Program-made: the position numbers and the translations under genes
Source of the DNA: Lama guanicoe
Lineage: Eukaryota
DNA: 62,000 nucleotides
Assembly (NCBI GenBank): GCA_013239625.1
Contig: MU053482.1
Coordinates: 2,207,168 to 2,269,167 of the forward strand
Reading direction: 5' to 3'
The notes under the pieces: model-generated
What the model was told of the DNA's origin: nothing
The model's input: only the letters and a program-made list of their open reading frames with translations
Databases searched by the model: none
Shown here: piece by piece, positions 39,420 through 51,627 of the stretch
Layout: the number at the start of each line of letters is the position of its first letter
Numbering within the stretch: position 1 is the stretch's first letter

Positions 39420-40429
39420 TCTGGGAAGCTGGACTGACAAGGAGTGGGGAACAGCTGCAGCCCCAAGCTACGCTGTGGACAGCTTTCCCCTCAGGTCGGA
39501 GAGGCTGCTGTGACAGGACTCACCTGGGGAAAAAGGCTCTGTTTAAAAAAAATCTTCCTACTGAAGGGCTCCTCAGGGGCTTCATCCCAGGCACCACGCC
39601 AGGGCCCGGTGGCAGGTGTTCCCCAGCCCGACAACAAAAGCTGGGGTGCTAGTGGGGTGCCGGCCCCTCCCTGTGTTCCCACCTGGGATGCCACGAGCCT
39701 CACAGAGTCCCCAGGACAGATCTGGGGTGCCCTTGCCCAGAGGCTCCACTGCCCTGCTGTTTGGTTCCTTGGCACAGTCCCACGGCGTATCAAGTGTCTC
39801 TGCCCTTGGAATTCCCTCTCCCTGTTGCTTGCTTGCTTCCTTCTAAGCTATAGCCACAGGTGCCTGAAAGAGCCGCCCAGCGCCCAAGGGCCTTTCAGAG
39901 TAACAACTCTTCCTGCCGGTTAGAACCCTGCCTTACAGACCCAAAACAGAGAAATGCCTCTCTGCTCACTCAAAAAATTTCCCCAGCAGAACTCAGCAGG
40001 CTGAGGGAACCAGCCCTGGCAACCAGTAGCCCCTCTCCCAGCTACTAAAGTCTATGACTTCATAACTGCTGTGGGACACTGGAAAAGCAAAGGGTCTCTT
40101 GGAATCCCTCTCCTCCAAAACACATGAGTCAGGTGACCTATAAGGAAAGCTTCATCTCTGAAGGATCACTTATGAGGCTCCAAGTCTACACTGAACATCA
40201 ATCTTACTATATACTTTCCAACCCAAAGAAAGCACTGTTTCCTTCCCTTAACATGTTGAAGTTTAAAAGGTTTTTCTCACTTTATTTATAAATGCAAAAA
40301 AGAAGACACTTTATAAATGTGGAAACCAGAATAGAGAGGCCAAGTGACTTTCCAGAAGAGAGAGGGGCCATCCTTCAAGTGTGTATCAAGTGTATCTTAC
40401 GTTATATAGAACTTGACTTGTTCAAAACC

Positions 40430-40620
40430 ACTTTCATGGAAATTACTTCATTTGCTCCTCCCAAAAGTCCCGTAAAGTAGTTACTATCATCTCCAGTTCA
40501 CAGCTAATAAATCTGAAGGTCGTAGAAGTTAAGGGTCTTGCCCGGGGCCACCTTTATGGCAAATAGCAGAACCTGGCCACAGTTTAAGTCTCCAAACCCC
40601 ACACCCATTATGCATGCTGC
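40430..40620 (-). mobile_element. MIR SINE
   Basis: CTTCATTTGCTCCTCCCAA...AGAAGTTAAGGGTCTTGCCCGGGGCCAC. Confidence 0.55.
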
Positions 40621-42314
40621 TACACCAAAAGAAAGATCACCTGCTCGCCCTCTTCACACAGGTGGGGGCAATATAATTAGAGGAGCTGCTCAACCACATC
40701 CACACAAGCAGGGAACTGGGGCCATCCTGGGATCCTGGATTTGCGATGCCCACCCAAGGACCCGCAGACTCAGAGAGGCCTCCTCCTCACATCCCCCAAC
40801 TTGAGTCCCAACCAACAGTGCCACACCACATCTCCCCAGTGAAACAGAGGTTTCAACCAAGCAGAGGAGCCCTGGAGTGGAGTGAAAGGAGGCATCACTT
40901 TAGAAGTGGCCCGTCTGAGGTCTAGGGCCACTGAGTTCACCCTTGTGGAGCCTCAGGCCACAGCAGTGATGCACACATGTCCACATTCAGGGAGCCCGAC
41001 TGGGGACACGGCCAGTGCTTTCATTGGCAAGCTGACCCGAAGTTAATCAGAAGGCCCCCTCATTGTTTGCCAGAGTACAAAAGACATTCTGTTCAGAAAG
41101 TTCAAGAAGAAAAACCAAAGAGCCAGGACGGCAGCTGTTCCCTCATCCCACAGAAAAACCAAAGGCATCCACCAAGTTGCCTGAGGCCCGGGAGAAAGTT
41201 TAAGATACAACATGGCTGAAGCGGAAGCACATCCCCTGTTGGGTCTCCACCGTAGGGAATGCCCTCGGCTTTCAATCCTCCTGATAAGATCACTGACAAC
41301 CTAGCGACCCTGTTACCTATAAAAGTGCCTTTCTGGAAAGGTCTCCTCTCCTAGGCCGGAGTTCACCACACAGCAGTCCTCCAGGTCAGAACAAGTTTTA
41401 CCAAAACATAGGACACAGAGCAGAAGGGGCACATGGCATGGACACTGCGTGCCCTAAGATTTGGTTAAAATATTAACTAAGGAATCCATTCGGCAGAACC
41501 ACAGTACCTCACGTCTCTTCAGGCAACCTGGCTCTTAGCAGCAGCTCACTCTGAGGCATCTCGGTAAGAAACCTCTTTGCAGGCCCCTCAGTCCCCAGAT
41601 ACTCCCTGCCTCTACCCCATATAATTCTTAGGAAGCCACCCCAGGTATTTTTTTAGGAAAGTCATCCCATATATATTTTTAGGATGGACTTTATTATTAA
41701 TGAAGGAGGAAAGCTTGCTTCTTACCAAGTTACCTGGAGCAGAGAAAGAGAGAGAGACTGAGCTCGGTTCAGATACCTCTAGGGACAGTCCCTCTGTCCT
41801 AATAACTACTCCAGAGAGACCTGGAACTCGCCACAGGCTCCCAGCTGAGTTAATTAGCTTTTTTTTTTCATTAGGTCAGACACAGCAGCACCAAGAGACA
41901 AAACAGACAGTGTTCACTAGAACAAACCAAGCCACTCAAAAGACACCAGGGTTTTCATGTAAGAACGACAAACATAATGCTGGAGTGATGATAACTCATT
42001 TTTCCTACATAAAAGACTCTCCCTGTAAAATATCTCGAGACTTTGTGCTAAATGAAAGTAGATGATGATTCCTATAGTGAAGTCTAAACACCTTAGGTTC
42101 AGCAAGAGTGCGATCAGCTAGATTTGCAAAGTCAAGAAAATTGGCTGTTTCCCTCCTCCTTAAGCTAATAGAATCCAACTGTTGGAGCATGACATCATTG
42201 CTGAGCCCCAAACCCAGCGCAGAGAGTACAGACACTCGCCTGCCTCCCAGAAAACAGCCCAAGACTGTGGCCAGGAAAGGAGGAAAAACAATCCAAGCCC
42301 GGAGCTGACCTTAC

Positions 42315-42680
42315 CTGAAAGTCCCGGTGCTTTCCTGCCCACTCCATTCTCGGCAGAGTCTGGCTCACACTACAGTCTGTTAGGGAGCCCAGGGCCCCAA
42401 AATCCACTCGCTTCGGCTCGGATACCTGCTGCGAGCTTCCCACAGCTCCTTCCTCTGACCTTTCGTGGCGCTCCCTCCAGCCAAATGAGCAGAGCACGGC
42501 TGGCCGGCCTGGCCAGTCGTCATGGAGACCCTGCTCTCGCCAGCGCGCTCACTCCCGATCTCTCCCTCCCTCCCCTGCTCTCCCTCCCTCCCTTTCTCTC
42601 TCCCCTAACCCCTCCCTCTCTGTCTCCCTGCTCCCTCAGTTCTGGGAGGCTTTCACGAAACAGCACTGTCTTTTGATCGG
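42315..42680 (-). other. DENND2B: Probable first (5'UTR) exon of a large minus-strand gene, tentatively DENND2B/ST5; 5' boundary approximate
   Basis: Locally CpG-enriched unique sequence ending in a strong donor TTTCAG|GTAAGG (exon end 42315), with a possible alternative donor GCAG|GTATCC at 42426. Gene identity rests only on recalled similarity to the human ST5/DENND2B 5'UTR (...GAGAATGGAGTGGGCAGGAAAG...GGGACTTTCAG); not database-verified. Confidence 0.5.
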
Positions 42681-43030
42681 CTGGGTCTCTGCACGCATTC
42701 CACTCCTCCTACCTCCCTTCCAGGCAAACAAGGGATCTGGGCTGCTCCTGGGAACTTGCTTCAACAGCTCAGAGGGGAGAAGGGAGAAGACAGTGAGTGG
42801 ACTTGTTTTGCTCCCCTCCAGTGTCTCATTTTTTATAACTCGGAAGAATCCCGGCCCGGGGGGAGGGAGCTTGCTGGAACACTTCGAGGGGAAGCAAGCC
42901 CTTCCTCTGGGTCCTGGAGTGCGGGGAGGAGGACCCAGATGCACTGCCTTGACTTGTTTGTGCACTTGGGATTTTCCGGGCAGCAGTTGAGGCGGAAACG
43001 CATTCACATCCCAGGAGCTCGCCCAGACTG
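42400..43030 (-). promoter_or_regulatory. Promoter region of the minus-strand gene
   Basis: CpG/GC enrichment relative to flanks, long CT/GA tract 42555-42637, GC-box-like GGGGGAGGGAG and GCGGGGAGG, adjacent to a first-exon-type donor. Confidence 0.55.
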
Positions 43031-43349
43031 GCCTCTCTGCTTACCTTGCTGCCTGCCCAGGTTGTGGGGATGGCCTTAACCAGTGCAGGGACTCATGGTA
43101 CTAGTGCTGGTGCCAAAGCAGTCTCTCATGTTCCTGCAACGGAGAGGGAAGACACTAGGTCAGGACCAGTAAGAGTCCTGGGAAAGTCCAGAGTCACAAC
43201 CCAAGCAACAAACATGACCCAAATACAGCCTAGAGCCCAGGCTTTTTTAAGCTGCTGTCACAGCCAGAAATAATATCAGTCCTGTTCAAGAGTTAGCATA
43301 GTGCCCAGGACACAGTAGGCCCTCTAAGTTTAATCCCCCCATGCACATT

Positions 43350-44190
43350 TCTGCTTTGTAATATTCTTTTACATGCACTATTTTCTCTGATCCTCAAAAT
43401 CCTTTGAAGTATACTGGATAGCTATTATTATCACCATTTTATAGATGGGAAAACTGAGGTTCGGGGGGATCAAATGTTTAGTCCACAGTTATAAAGCTAG
43501 TTAGGCAGTCGAAGAACGAACAATAGACACCAGTTCACTACTCCTTAGTCTGGTACTTTCCACTAAAGTACACTGCCATCTGATCTTAAAAACTAACAAC
43601 TTTTTTGACAGCCAGTTATGAGATACAAGGCTGGGTTCCCAGGGGAAGACAGACTCTTTCCGAGTCATGATGATGTAGGCCTACCATTCTTTTAGCCTGA
43701 AGACTCCACAATAGCATCTATGCAATGTGGTACACAGGTAAAAGAAAAAAGACCTGTCCTATAGCTGTAAATTACCTTACACTTTCCCAAAATACTCTCA
43801 CAAATCTTGGCTCATCTATTCAACCCAACAGACCTGAAAGTTAGAATTGGTGTTATTATAAATAGATTTGTTAAAAAGTCTAAAAGAGATCAAATAACTA
43901 GCCCCAGGTCACAGAAAATAACAAATCTAGAAATGTACCCAAGCCTTTCAACTCTCTTCTGTGTATTAAGCAGAATAGTTATGAGAGCACCAGGCAGAGC
44001 AGGGGTCAGAAGACTGTGGCAGTGCCTGGATCCGTAACAGCCATGTGCCCTTGGGCAAGTCACCTCGCCTCCCAGTTTCCACCTATAAAACCCACCCCCT
44101 GGGCAAGCAATGGGGCCGGGATGAGCATGAAAAGAGATGATGTGTGTGCAAGCTCTGTCACTAAACCAGGCACTGAGCTAAGAACTTCAT
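43350..44190. mobile_element. Three MIRs (minus ~43350-43580 and ~43760-43950; plus ~43975-44190)
   Basis: CCATTTTATAGATGGGAAAACTGAGGTTC; ATGTGCCCTTGGGCAAGTCACCTCGCCTCCCAGTTTCC. Confidence 0.6.
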
Positions 44191-44993
44191 CTCAGCTGCT
44201 TCTCGCCACAAACAAACAACCTGGGACAGCTGGAATGCCCCCAAGAAGAGGACACTGAGGCTCAAGCAAGACATTTTTCAATGCTGCTTCCTAAAATAGT
44301 GCTAGAGAGATCCTGACAGAGTCTTTAATGCAGCGATCCCCTGCACAATCTTTGTGTTTCTGACATCTCCAACATACCACAAATTTCTTAAAACAAGATT
44401 TTAACTGACTTGAGTTTAAAAGGTAGATGTATGTCAGGAGCAAAGGTAGGAGGAACGTCACCAAATCCAACAGAAAATAACAGGATGACACTAATCCTAA
44501 GTGAGGGCACTGCTGCTTGAGTGAAGCACTCAGAGCTTCAGAGGGCGTATCAATCACCCACTAGAAATACGCAATCTGACCTGAGTACCAGCCCAGGAAT
44601 CCTCGCAGGCCCTAGTGCCCCATCCTGTCTGCAGAGGAAGACAGGGTGAACCGGCAACGGCAACACCATCAAATCACTGAATGTCTCACATCTCCCCACT
44701 CCTCTTCCCAGCAGGCAACCCCCAGCTCTTCTCCTGATCCCCAAAATGCACATTCCACCTGCCCAGTCTCTTTCTCCACTGAGAAAGAAGAGGTGGCGCC
44801 CATTCATTTCTACAATAAGACAACATTCACAGTTATAACATTAACACCAACTAATGTTTACTGAGCACTTACCATATGTCAGGCATTCTTCTAAGCCGTA
44901 AGAGGGGCCAGGGGCCAGGGCTGAGTACTAAGTCAGTCTCTAAAGTAAGATAAACTTCAAAAAGCCCTCCAGACCAGACACAGAATGCAGGCC

Positions 44994-45012
44994 ATGCTCC
45001 CCCTAGCGGCAC
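44994..45012 (-). promoter_or_regulatory. Candidate CTCF site
   Basis: Minus strand GTGCCGCTAGGGGGAGCAT matches the CTCF core CCRSYAGRKGGCRS except at one position; preceded by CGCAGT resembling the upstream module. Confidence 0.55.
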
Positions 45013-45369
45013 ACTGCGGATAGAGACTCCTTGGGGCCTTGCTCTGGGCGGGACCAGGTAAGGATGCAGTTAAGAGCCCCCTTCATGGGAGAACTGGAAT
45101 CCTCGCTTGAGTGCTGAGGTTGTGTATAAGCTGTGCGAACTGGGCAGAGCAAGAGATCAGCTGAATCCTTCTGCTGCCTCTGCAAGGCTGGGTCCAGATC
45201 AATCCTACTGGACCTTTCCCGAAGGATAGGGCTTTTACTGCCTTATGTGGTCCAGCATCTGCTGAGAGGCCCACGTGCAGGCTTGTGCCAGAAACCTGGC
45301 AGATGTCCTTGCAACCTTGCATATCCCTACCTCTCTCTCCCCACGGCCAATTCACTTACAAATTCCAAA

Positions 45370-46050
45370 TAATTCTACTTCCAAGATGTATCTTTTACCT
45401 GCCCATTTTTCTGCACTTCCATTGCTACCCTAGTCTCTCCCCTTAACAAAATCCTCCTAATTGCCCAGCTTTCACTCTTGCCCTCACAACGCCACTCTCC
45501 CAGGGCTGTCTGAATCACCCTTCCATAGAAGATCACGTCATTTCCTGCTTAACACACTTCAATGGCTTCCCACTGCATTTAGGATGAAATCAAATTCTCA
45601 CCAGGACCTGTAAGGCCCAGCATGATCCTTCCCCAGCCTCCTTTCCGCACGTCCCCTGCCCTCCCCTCTGGGTGCTGGCTACCCAGGGCTACTTTTAGTT
45701 CCTCAAAATGTCAGATTTTCTCCAGGCTGTTCCCCTTTGCCTGGGACACTCCCCCACACCCTCGTCTTCGCCTGGCTGAATCTTACTTGCCTTGCCTCAA
45801 CCTGCCTCTCACCTCCTCAGAGAAGTCTTCCATGGTTCTCCACCCTAAGTGAGGACTTATCCTCCCTGGCACTCACCTTAACCTTTAATTGTGCATTTGT
45901 CCAATTATTTGCTTAAGGTCAGTCTTCTCCCGTGAGCGCCTGAGGAGCAGGAACCTTGACTGTTCTGCTAACCAACATATTCTCTGCATTTAGTATACGG
46001 CCCAGCTCACTGCCGGTGCTTAGTGAAAATCTGCTGAATGAATGCATTAA
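45370..46050 (+). mobile_element. LINE2 3' fragment
   Basis: CCTGCTTAACACACTTCAATGGCTTCCCACTGCATTTAGGATGAAATC; 3' TGCTGAATGAATG. Confidence 0.75.
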
Positions 46051-49000
46051 AACCCGTTTCTTCCTGCCCAACAGGAAGAAGAAACTTAGAACAGCTATTT
46101 CATGTCACTCATTGTATCTTTTCATAGACTTACAAACTATAATTACATCTCCTTTCCTCATGTGCCTTGCCTGTGGGCGCAGCCAAAAATTCCTGTAAAG
46201 TCTCCCTGTGGTTTGTTTCCCAGAACTTTCCTCTTAAGGTCACTCTTCTGGGGATGTGCTTCAGAGTTTTACAGCCTCTCCCAATCCCAGAGTGCCCACT
46301 CACAGGCACTCCACCACCAGTGTCCTGCCAAACCAAGCGGGATGCAGGAATGGCCCAATGCCCACAATGCGAAGATTCTCGAGTCAGCTCCATTCAAGGA
46401 CAAAAATGCTCTCTCACCTCCACTGCGCAAGTCACTGCGCTTACAGAAAATACACTTTTGCTTTAAAAAGTCATCTTAGGTTTTATAATTTGGAGTTGGG
46501 TTGTAAATGTTGTTTGACAAAAATTGTTTTTCCATTACTAAAAAAAACAAAAACTGAATACTAGTGTCTGGGGAAAAAAATAATGGACTAAGTAACAGGG
46601 AGTGTGACTAAGTCCAACCCCTTCTCGTGATATACATCACCACCACCACTTGAAATCCCTTCTGGCCTCATCTCCTCCATCACTACCCCATTACAGGCAC
46701 AACCGCAGCACACCACTGTTGCTCTGAAAACTGCCTTTTCCTTCTTCCTCCCCAAATGGCTCATACCGTTACCTTCCCAACTAGCAAAATCATATTGCCT
46801 TCAAGGCCCAATTCAGTTATCACCTCCTCTGTGAAGTATTTCTTGATCTCCTGGCAGAATCTGGTTGTCGACTATGCAAGCCCATAGCAGTCTGAAGATG
46901 CCTTAATTACAGTGTTTATATCATTTGTCACCATCTGCGCTCCCATTGCCCCCACAGTCATGAGCCCCTTGAAATCTATCCACTTCCGTATTTCATTCAG
47001 AGTGGGCAACTAATTAATGTGTTGGATAAGTGAATCATTTAAAAAGAGTCTTTAAAAAAGAAAAACATAAACAGCTGTCCCCTCTTTAAGATGAGGGAAT
47101 TTGAGTAGGTACCTACATAGTCTTACTTACTATTTAAGTCTGTCCACTCAAATTCAAGAGAAGAAAAAAATACATATGTATCTATATGATGACTGGATTC
47201 TAGGTTTGATTACTACAAAAGATTATAGTGGGGTTTTTTTCTTTTCGTCACTTTAAAAACTGAAATTCCAAATCTGAAGACATGGGAGCAGAATGAATCT
47301 TTTAAAGTCACTTCTTACTTTGGGAACAGAATTCAAGAAAAGAAAGCTGTTACCTCAGTATTACTGGTTGGATCCTGGACTGCCTGAGAGATGCCATATA
47401 ACTTCAGATGTCTCTAGGGGGGCCAGCTCTCAGTGTCTACCAGATTGCGGTCTAGCCACATGTCCACTGAAGACATCCAGTTCTACCCATGAGACCGGCC
47501 CATTTTCCAACATTGCACTCTGGCTGCCATGTGAGCAGGGAGGTTCACACAAGAACACTTTAGGACTTTACAATTTTTCCTTTTCTACCTCTAAGTGGCA
47601 ATGTGGTTAAGCAGGGAAAAGTTAAAAATCCAGGAGTAGAGAAGGGTCATCAGACTGGAGCCCAGGTCCCAGTTACGTAGTGGGGAGATCTTGAGCAAGT
47701 CCTGTCCCCCACAGGGCCTCCGCTTTCTCCTGCAGACAATGAGACGGCTACTGGGCTGTTAGAACTAGCTGTTCTCCAACGGCCCCTTCTAGCTTCAATG
47801 TCCTACTGCGTTGTTCCTTTGCAGTCACCCAGTCCTGCTGTTCTGTCCTACTCACCTTGTCCCTGTGCTTTCAGAATGAGTCCAAAGCAGTACAAAGGCT
47901 TCTTGTTTCAGGGGCTACACAACCTCCAATCTAACCCTCTCAGTGCAGCTCCACAGGCTCTGGAGTCATCTGGAGTCTGGGATCAGATAGAAGACCATCA
48001 CCAACAAAAGGCAGCCTTTCCTGGAGGAAAAGATGGGAGAGTCAGGCTTCCTGCCTAAGAACAGCTGGAGAGAGAAGAAAGGCGCCAAACACAGGATGGG
48101 GAAATTAGAGGACGGGCTGGGAAGTGCCTGGAAGAAGACTGCAGCTCTGCCATCCATCTGAGACAAAGCAGCCTTCACAAAGCAGAAGGACTGGCAATAT
48201 CTAAGTTCTCCTGGAAGACAGTCTGCCTACTGCCAATCAAGCAGTCTCTTCATGGGCTCTACCAGGGCCTGTGAATCCAGGTGGCAGTGCCAGCCCTCCT
48301 CGGCCTAGGACCACAGCAGCAGGAGTGCCAGGGTGTCAACCACTGCTATACACACCTTGTTTCACAGCCTTTCTGGGAAAACAGAGAAATACCCACTCTA
48401 TGCTCAAGTCCTGGCATTTTATGGTAGGAAATTCTTCCAGGTCCTCATTCCTGCCCTAACCCACCTGTCTCTGACCCATTTTCCACTCACTCCCCTCCAA
48501 CCCTAAGGCTCTGAACTAGGAAAGTATGGGATTCAGCCTGTATTAGCCTGGATCCCACTGCCCAGTGGTGAAGCAGCTCCTGGACATCTCATGCTGGGGT
48601 GAGCACACTCTCCCTCCATGTGCCAGCCTTCCAGCCCTAGTTCACCTCCACTAAGCTCATAACCCTCAGGATGAAGCTCAAAGTTTAGATCCCCAGGGCA
48701 CAAGGTACCCAATGCCTTGATCCAGCCTCTTGGAGTATCCGTCACAAAGTCCATCTATGCACTAATTTCTGGCATCTCTCAAATCCACAGTCTCCTTAAC
48801 AATGTCCCTTGTTAAGTCCACACGTTTTAACACTGGGCCACATAAATACAGTCTTGGGGCCAGGAAAGACCAGACCCAGGACGCAGTATCCCAAACCCCC
48901 TCGAGAAGCACCATTTACCCTTCCAGAATGAGCTTCTCATGCTTATTTGGCTTAGAACTCTGACCTCAATCAAGATCTCAACCTGTCATGGTTGAAACTT

Positions 49001-49699
49001 CAGGATAGGAGAGGTAGGGTGCAAAGTGGCAGGGAAGGAGATGGGGGAATAAGAGGAATACAGACTCAAATGGCTTTTCCATGATATAACCAGGAAAATA
49101 CCTTGAGCCTGGGAAAGCAGTATCCCTCAGAATAAGATCTGGGCAAAGCTGCAGAAAATATGGGCCCAGCCTATGTCACCTCCTCCATGCTACCTCCCCT
49201 GATTTTCCCAGGCTGGAGTGGATTCTCTACTCCACCTTCTGCGCTCCTTAGAAAAGTCTACTCCACTGGCGTCAGTCGTGTCCAGTGCCTTGTATTTCAG
49301 TGCACCAAGGCTTATTCAGCTCATTTCTCCTACTAGCCTATGTCCTAACTATGAATCCTAGTCTGGGGCTCTGTACCAAGTACAGTTAATAAATTTTTAT
49401 TATATGAACTAAAGAAACCAACCAACTAATCAATCTAACTAATACGGGATCAACGATATCACTACAGAATCTAAACCATTTGGTGCTTAGCAGCTCCGAG
49501 CAGTCTAGGGTATTCAAGGTGTGGCACGTACACAAGAAAATTGTAAGTGGTACAGAACACTTTCAAATTTTTAATACTTTCATATTTATCTTAACGTGTA
49601 TTTAAAAAAAGATAACCAGTTATTAACCCCATTTTCACTGGTCTCATTGATTAGACCAATGCTAAAGAAGGTACATATGTTTTTTTGGTTTGCTTTTAG

Positions 49700-50830
49700 T
49701 TTTGTTTTGCTAAACTTAGTGGGTAAAAGTTTAAAGAAAAATGAGATACTTGTACAACCTCAAAGTATCTCTCTCAGAATATTTATTAATTACAAAGGCA
49801 GAAATAGTTAACTTGTCAATGAAGAAACCTAGCAGACATTACCTTAACCAAGTGATCAACGTTAACATTCCTCGTACGAAGCACACGTATGTCATGTACC
49901 CCTGACGTAAAGCACTGAGAAGAGCATTTCACCTCTGTAGGGTCCTTCCCCAAATCCACAACCTCAATCTAAGTATGAGAGAACATCAAACCAACCAACT
50001 TGAGGGACACTATAAAATACCTGCCCAGTCCTCCTCAAAAGTCTCAAGGTCATACATGATATATATCTAGTTGTGAATTTCTTTTTGTTGATACTATTTG
50101 GGATTTGGTTGACTTCCTGAATTTAGTTTGGTATCTTTCATGAACTTTGAATAATTTTCAGGCATTGTCTCTTGAAATATTGCTTCCATACCATTGTCCC
50201 TACTCTGTAGATGTATGTCAGCTTTCTCTCTCTGCTCTCCATGTATTTCAACCTTTATTTTCTATTTTCCACCTTCAAGTCTTTTTATGCTATATTCTGG
50301 GATGTTTATTCAGATCTTTTTTTTCCTACCACACTAATTCTGTGTTTTCCTGGGTTTTATCTGTTCTCTGATGCATATGTTGAGTTTTAATTTCATCTAT
50401 TATATGCTACTAAAAATTCTTTTCTTCTTGCAGATTGGCTTGGCTTTTGATAAATTTTTGCTCTCATGTTTTTATTTCTTTTTATACAATATATATATCA
50501 ATTTATATATACAAATATAATTTGATGCTTCCATCTAAAAAAAAAAAAGTCTCAAGGTCATAAAAGACAAAGTCAGACTGAAGAATGGCCATAGACTGGA
50601 GGAGACTAAGACACAACACCTAAATTTAATGTAGGATCTTGGATTTGATCCTGGAATAGGAAAAGGACCTCACCAGGAAAGACTAATGAAACTCAAAGTC
50701 TAGTTTACAGTATACCAATGTTAATTTCCTAGCTGATAAATGTACCATAGTTACATAAGACTAGGGGAATGTCTACTGTCTTTGCAGCTTTTATGCAAGT
50801 CTAAAATTATTTAAAATTAAGAAGTTTTTA
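49700..50830 (+). mobile_element. L1MC-type 3' end, interrupted by the 50055-50548 insert
   Basis: L1MC-like 3'UTR motifs (ACCTTAACCAAGTGATCAA; GGATCTTGGATTTGATCCTGGAA; TACTGTCTTTGCAGCTTTT...AAGTCTAAAATTATT) continuous across the TSD. Confidence 0.75.
50055..50548 (+). mobile_element. L1-mediated retroposed insert (orphan transduction/retrocopy) carrying antisense old L1 ORF1-region/HAL1-like sequence
   Basis: Identical 18-bp TSD AAAAGTCTCAAGGTCATA at 50037-50054 and 50545-50562; A12 tail 50537-50548; AATATA at 50514-50519. Confidence 0.85.
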
Positions 50831-51346
50831 AAAAGCCAATTTAAAGATAAATAGATGAATGTATATACAGCACAAATCACAAAAGGCAAGTAAGAATGAC
50901 TCAAGTTTGAGAGCAAGAGTGGTCGCGCTTCACACCCTACATCCAAGGAAAGCTGCCCCAAAATAAGAACCACAGCTACAGAAGAATATTTAGTAAAACT
51001 GGGCAGTGTTCACTTTGTATTACTTGGAGAAAAAGTAATTATTCTACTTGCTAAAAACATATATATCACATATATAATGCATAGAAAAAATGTCTGCATT
51101 AAAATAAAAATAACCTATGTTGAACAAAGTACAGGTGGCATTTAGTAAACAGAAAATGTGATACAACTTTTGGAAAGTAACTTGGCTAGATCAATTAAAA
51201 TGCTCATACCCTTTGACTCAGTGGCCTCACTTCTGGGAAGCTGTCCCAAATAAAATTCCTAAGTATGTGAAAAAAAAATGCACATTCCCAGCATTATTTA
51301 TAATCCTGAAAATTAGAAAAAAGCTCCATGTCAGTCATTACTAGAT

Positions 51347-51627
51347 CAGTAAATTTCAAATTTTTTTTGACCATGACCCACAGTAAAAACATACGTTTTA
51401 CCCAGTAACATAGTATGAGCATGTATGAGAGAGCATGTATGCACGTGTGTGTTTGTGTACAAAACTGAACCAAAAATGTTTCTCCAAACAATACTTATCT
51501 TTATTATGTGTGATGCTCTCTATTTTCTATCCTAATCTATTTCATTAAGAAAACAACAAAGCTTGTAAAACTCCACAAAATTGATTTCCCAACCCACTAA
51601 TGATGACCTGCTGGCTGAAAAACACTG
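51347..51627 (-). mobile_element. hAT-Charlie MITE nested in L1ME (~51150-51950)
   Basis: Ends CAGTAAATTTCAAA / TGAAAAACACTG; degenerate 8-bp TSD TACTAGAT (51339-51346)/CACCAGAT (51628-51635). Confidence 0.7.

Larger units (their letters stand above)
49495..50915 (+). mobile_element. hAT-Charlie element split into ~49495-49700 and ~50830-50915 by the L1MC
   Basis: Both pieces resemble the 24848-25273 element (e.g. 3' GTAAGAATGACTCAAGTTTGAGAG vs GTAAGAATGAATTAAGCCTGGGGAAAACTG). Confidence 0.45.
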
